Of a stretch of 64,000 bases of DNA, positions 61,581 to 64,000 are shown piece after piece. The stretch is from NCBI GenBank assembly GCA_965217775.1, contig CBDCJH010000002.1:5600001-5664000 (forward strand), in the 5' to 3' direction. Made by a program: the position numbers and the translations under genes. The DNA is from Acidobacteriota bacterium (lineage in GTDB: Bacteria; Acidobacteriota; UBA6911; RPQK01; JAJDTT01). Positions within the stretch are counted from its first letter, which is position 1. Every line of letters begins with the position of its first letter. The notes below the pieces were generated by a model. That model was not told where the DNA came from, made no database searches, and saw nothing but the letters and a program-made list of their open reading frames with translations.

Positions 61581-62084
61581 ATGACTCGATATCCGATTGT
61601 CTTTACCTACAGAGAGCTGATTGTGGGGAACGGCTTCGTGGCGACCGTGGAGTCCACTGGCAGATGCCTGATGGAAGACTTTGGGGACAACGATGTCTGG
61701 ATCACCGGAGTCCGTCCTTCCGGGTTTTCCGCCGGAGCAGACAACCAACAGTCCGCGTCGGAGGCCTTTCAGCGAGAGCACCGTGTTGCTCTTCTTGACA
61801 TGGTCCATGATGCTCCTGATTTCGATAGCTTCCAAGCCATGGTCCATGACTTCCATGCTCAAAAGAGCGAAGTCGGCGAGATGGAGTGGTGGGAAGCTGT
61901 TCACCAGGTCAGGGCTGGGACAATCACCTCGGACTGGCTGCAGAAAGTGTCGGCCAACACAGAGCCTACGCTCAGGGTCCGGTGCATTTCTTTGAATGAT
62001 TCCGAGGAGCGCGAAGAATATAGGGCCGAACCGAGCCCCTCGCTCAATCCGGACGAGCGCCAGATAGGGCTGCTTGCTGCCTGA
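61581..62084 (+). CDS. Hypothetical protein, possibly HicB-like antitoxin
   Basis: GGAGG RBS; acidic; VWITGVRPSGFSAGADNQQSASEAF loosely resembles a HicB core. Confidence 0.55.
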   Translation: MTRYPIVFTYRELIVGNGFVATVESTGRCLMEDFGDNDVWITGVRPSGFSAGADNQQSASEAFQREHRVALLDMVHDAPDFDSFQAMVHDFHAQKSEVGEMEWWEAVHQVRAGTITSDWLQKVSANTEPTLRVRCISLNDSEEREEYRAEPSPSLNPDERQIGLLAA

Positions 62085-62332
62085 TGCCGGCGAGAGGGCA
62101 GATTCCCTATCGAAAGGTCAAGAGGATGCTTGACGACTGCGCTCCCGGGTACACGACTCGACTAACACGCCACCGTAGGCAGTTCCGGTTCAATGGTAAG
62201 GTTCATCGACTCCAAAAAGGACCTCATGGCTCTTCAACGAATTACCCGGTCGCGATTGGCCAGGTCAGGGCTTTAGCCAAAGATTTTGAAATCCTGGATT
62301 GCGCCAAGGAGCACCTGCCGCAATTGCGTTGA
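62084..62332 (+). CDS. Small basic protein, possibly HicA-like toxin
   Basis: 82 aa, coupled by TGATG overlap; RKVKRML..G..TRHRRQF..HG..VAIGQVRALAKDF. Confidence 0.55.
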   Translation: MPARGQIPYRKVKRMLDDCAPGYTTRLTRHRRQFRFNGKVHRLQKGPHGSSTNYPVAIGQVRALAKDFEILDCAKEHLPQLR

Positions 62333-62357
62333 TCGTCCCCCAGACCCGATCTTCAGC

Positions 62358-62572
62358 TCGGACGCACTACAGTTACGGTGCCGTCCTCGCCCTCTCGGGG
62401 GACGTGAAACAAGCCATGAGCCATCTGCGGAAAGCGTCCGAGAGTCCGGATCCCGGAATTCGCCAAGCCGCGCTGGATCTGTTGAGGGAATTGAATCGAG
62501 CCCCGTAGGGGCGATAGGAGGGGGGACATTCCTGTCCCCCTCTTCATTGTTGGTCGGGAATCGGCGGTTGGA
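62358..62572 (+). repeat. ~215-bp direct repeat, copy 2 (orphan gene 3' end)
   Basis: Encodes RTHYSYGAVLALSGD..LRELNRAP*, near-identical to the end of 58417-60705. Confidence 0.92.
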
Positions 62573-62680
62573 GAACTCTGCTCCCACGCCGAAATGCGGA
62601 GGGGGGACTGCCGTCCCCCCTATACCCCCCAAGAGGGCGACTGGAAATCGCCCCTCCCGGCGGTTGGAAACCGCCGCTCC
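62517..62680. repeat. Cluster of GGAG REPs (BIME-like)
   Basis: Copies at 62517-62540(+), 62598-62619(+), 62635-62657(-) and 62658-62680(-), plus a degenerate copy near 62562-62584. Confidence 0.8.
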
Positions 62681-64000
62681 TACCCAAGAAGTTCCGGAAT
62701 GGGCTTCCCGGTCTTGTCCTCGAAGGAGTTGGCGATCTTCACGGGACGTCCGACCGGGGTCATGTACTCCTTGGTCCAGTCGATTCCCATCGCCTTGTAC
62801 ACGGTCGCGAAGATGTCTCCGATGGAAACCTCGCGCTCCGCCACATGGGCGCCCTTCTCATCGCTGGCTCCGAGCACCTGACCTCCCTGGACTCCGCCGC
62901 CGGACATGAGCAACGTCCAGGCATGGGGCCAGTGGTCCCGTCCACCGCTGGCGTTGTGGTTCGGTGTCCGGCCGAACTCGCCCATGACGATGACCATCGT
63001 CGAGTCCAACATTCCCCTCTCGTCCAGGTCGACCAACAGGGCGGACAGGGCCTGATCGAGCGGCGGAACCAACGCATCCTTGTGCTGCTTGTCGTTGTTC
63101 CCGTGCGTATCCCACTCGTTGAACTTGTAGCCGGCCGCCGTCACGAAACGGGATCCCCTTTCCGCCAGGCGCCGAGCCAGGAGCACGCTCTGGCCGAAGC
63201 CGTTCCTGCCGTAGGCGTTTCGGACCTTTTCCGGCTCCCGGGTCAGTTCGAACGCTTCCCGGACCTCCGGTGTCAGAATCATCTGCAGCGCCTTCTCACG
63301 GAACCCGTCCATGGCGTTGAACTCGGCCAATTCCACCTTCTTGCGGTAGGCCGAGTCGACCATCTGCAACATCGAAAGCCGGGACTCCAACCGCTCGACC
63401 GGCAATCCCTTGGGGAGGGTCAGATCCGCGACGGCGAAGTTGGGGTCGCAAACCGTGGTGATCTCCTTGAAGCTGCAACCCGTCGGGTCGCCCAGGATCA
63501 GGGGATCGTATTTCGCCCCCAGGTGCGCGCTCTTGAAGAGCTGCTCGTATTGCCGGTCCACGTCGAACTGGGGGGCCAGGACGTACGGGGGCATGGTGTT
63601 TATCGGACCCAACTCCTTGGTGATGATGGAGCCGACGCTGGGGAACGCCATGGCCGCACTGGGACGATGCCCGGTGAGCACGTTGTGTGCGCCCTCGAGG
63701 TGGTTGGCTTCCTCCGTACGGACGGACCGGACGACGGCGATCTTGTCCATCTGCTGCGCGACGAGAGGACAGAGCTCCGTCACCTGAATCCCCGGAACGT
63801 TGGTGGAAATCGGCTTGAACGAACTGTTCGGCTTGGGGTCGTATGTGTCGATATGACTCGGCCCACCCTCCAGCCAGAGCAGGATGATCGATTTCGCCGT
63901 GGCCTCCTTCTCGATATCCACTCCCGCACTCGCCATCAGGCTCTTGAACTGAAGGTAATGCGTGAGGTTGGCTCCCAGCAGGCTGAGAGAGCCCAATCGC
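62680..64000 (-). CDS. DUF1501 protein, 5' end outside the window
   Basis: GGPSHIDTYDPKP, WDTH, MGEFGRTP..GRDHWP motifs. Confidence 0.92.
   Translation of the reverse strand, partial: RLGSLSLLGANLTHYLQFKSLMASAGVDIEKEATAKSIILLWLEGGPSHIDTYDPKPNSSFKPISTNVPGIQVTELCPLVAQQMDKIAVVRSVRTEEANHLEGAHNVLTGHRPSAAMAFPSVGSIITKELGPINTMPPYVLAPQFDVDRQYEQLFKSAHLGAKYDPLILGDPTGCSFKEITTVCDPNFAVADLTLPKGLPVERLESRLSMLQMVDSAYRKKVELAEFNAMDGFREKALQMILTPEVREAFELTREPEKVRNAYGRNGFGQSVLLARRLAERGSRFVTAAGYKFNEWDTHGNNDKQHKDALVPPLDQALSALLVDLDERGMLDSTMVIVMGEFGRTPNHNASGGRDHWPHAWTLLMSGGGVQGGQVLGASDEKGAHVAEREVSIGDIFATVYKAMGIDWTKEYMTPVGRPVKIANSFEDKTGKPIPELLG

Noticed and set aside
60555-62572. Template/variable repeat pair of a diversity-generating retroelement
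   Set aside because: The differences are not adenine-specific, the repeat extends through the stop into a REP, and there is no reverse transcriptase in the window.

Overview
GC-rich bacterial window, most likely Acidobacteriota (inferred from a GWxTD-domain gene plus expanded CRTAC1/ASPIC-UnbV, TPR, sulfatase, Gfo/Idh/MocA and DUF1501/DUF1549/DUF1553 genes). It mostly encodes exported TPR and FG-GAP beta-propeller proteins and catabolic enzymes. The top finding is that ORFs 9099-11069 and 11091-13181 are one continuous frame broken only by a TGA at 11067-11069. That TGA is followed 11 nt later by a 17-nt GCAGGUC hairpin resembling the E. coli fdhF SECIS, which suggests a 1360-aa membrane-anchored FG-GAP/ASPIC-UnbV + CxxC redoxin + TPR selenoprotein, probably translated from a leaderless mRNA. 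Mobile DNA includes a REP-associated tyrosine transposase with about 20 GGAG-tagged REP hairpins, a GTAG REP dimer, and two copies of a ~159-bp MITE with 4-bp target duplications. There is also a dinJ-yafQ cassette between 16-bp direct repeats, and a 1.6-kb insert (IS21 remnant plus a HicB/HicA-like pair) between ~215-bp duplications of a gene 3' end. No rRNA, tRNA or CRISPR array was seen. All family calls come from motif recognition, not database searches.
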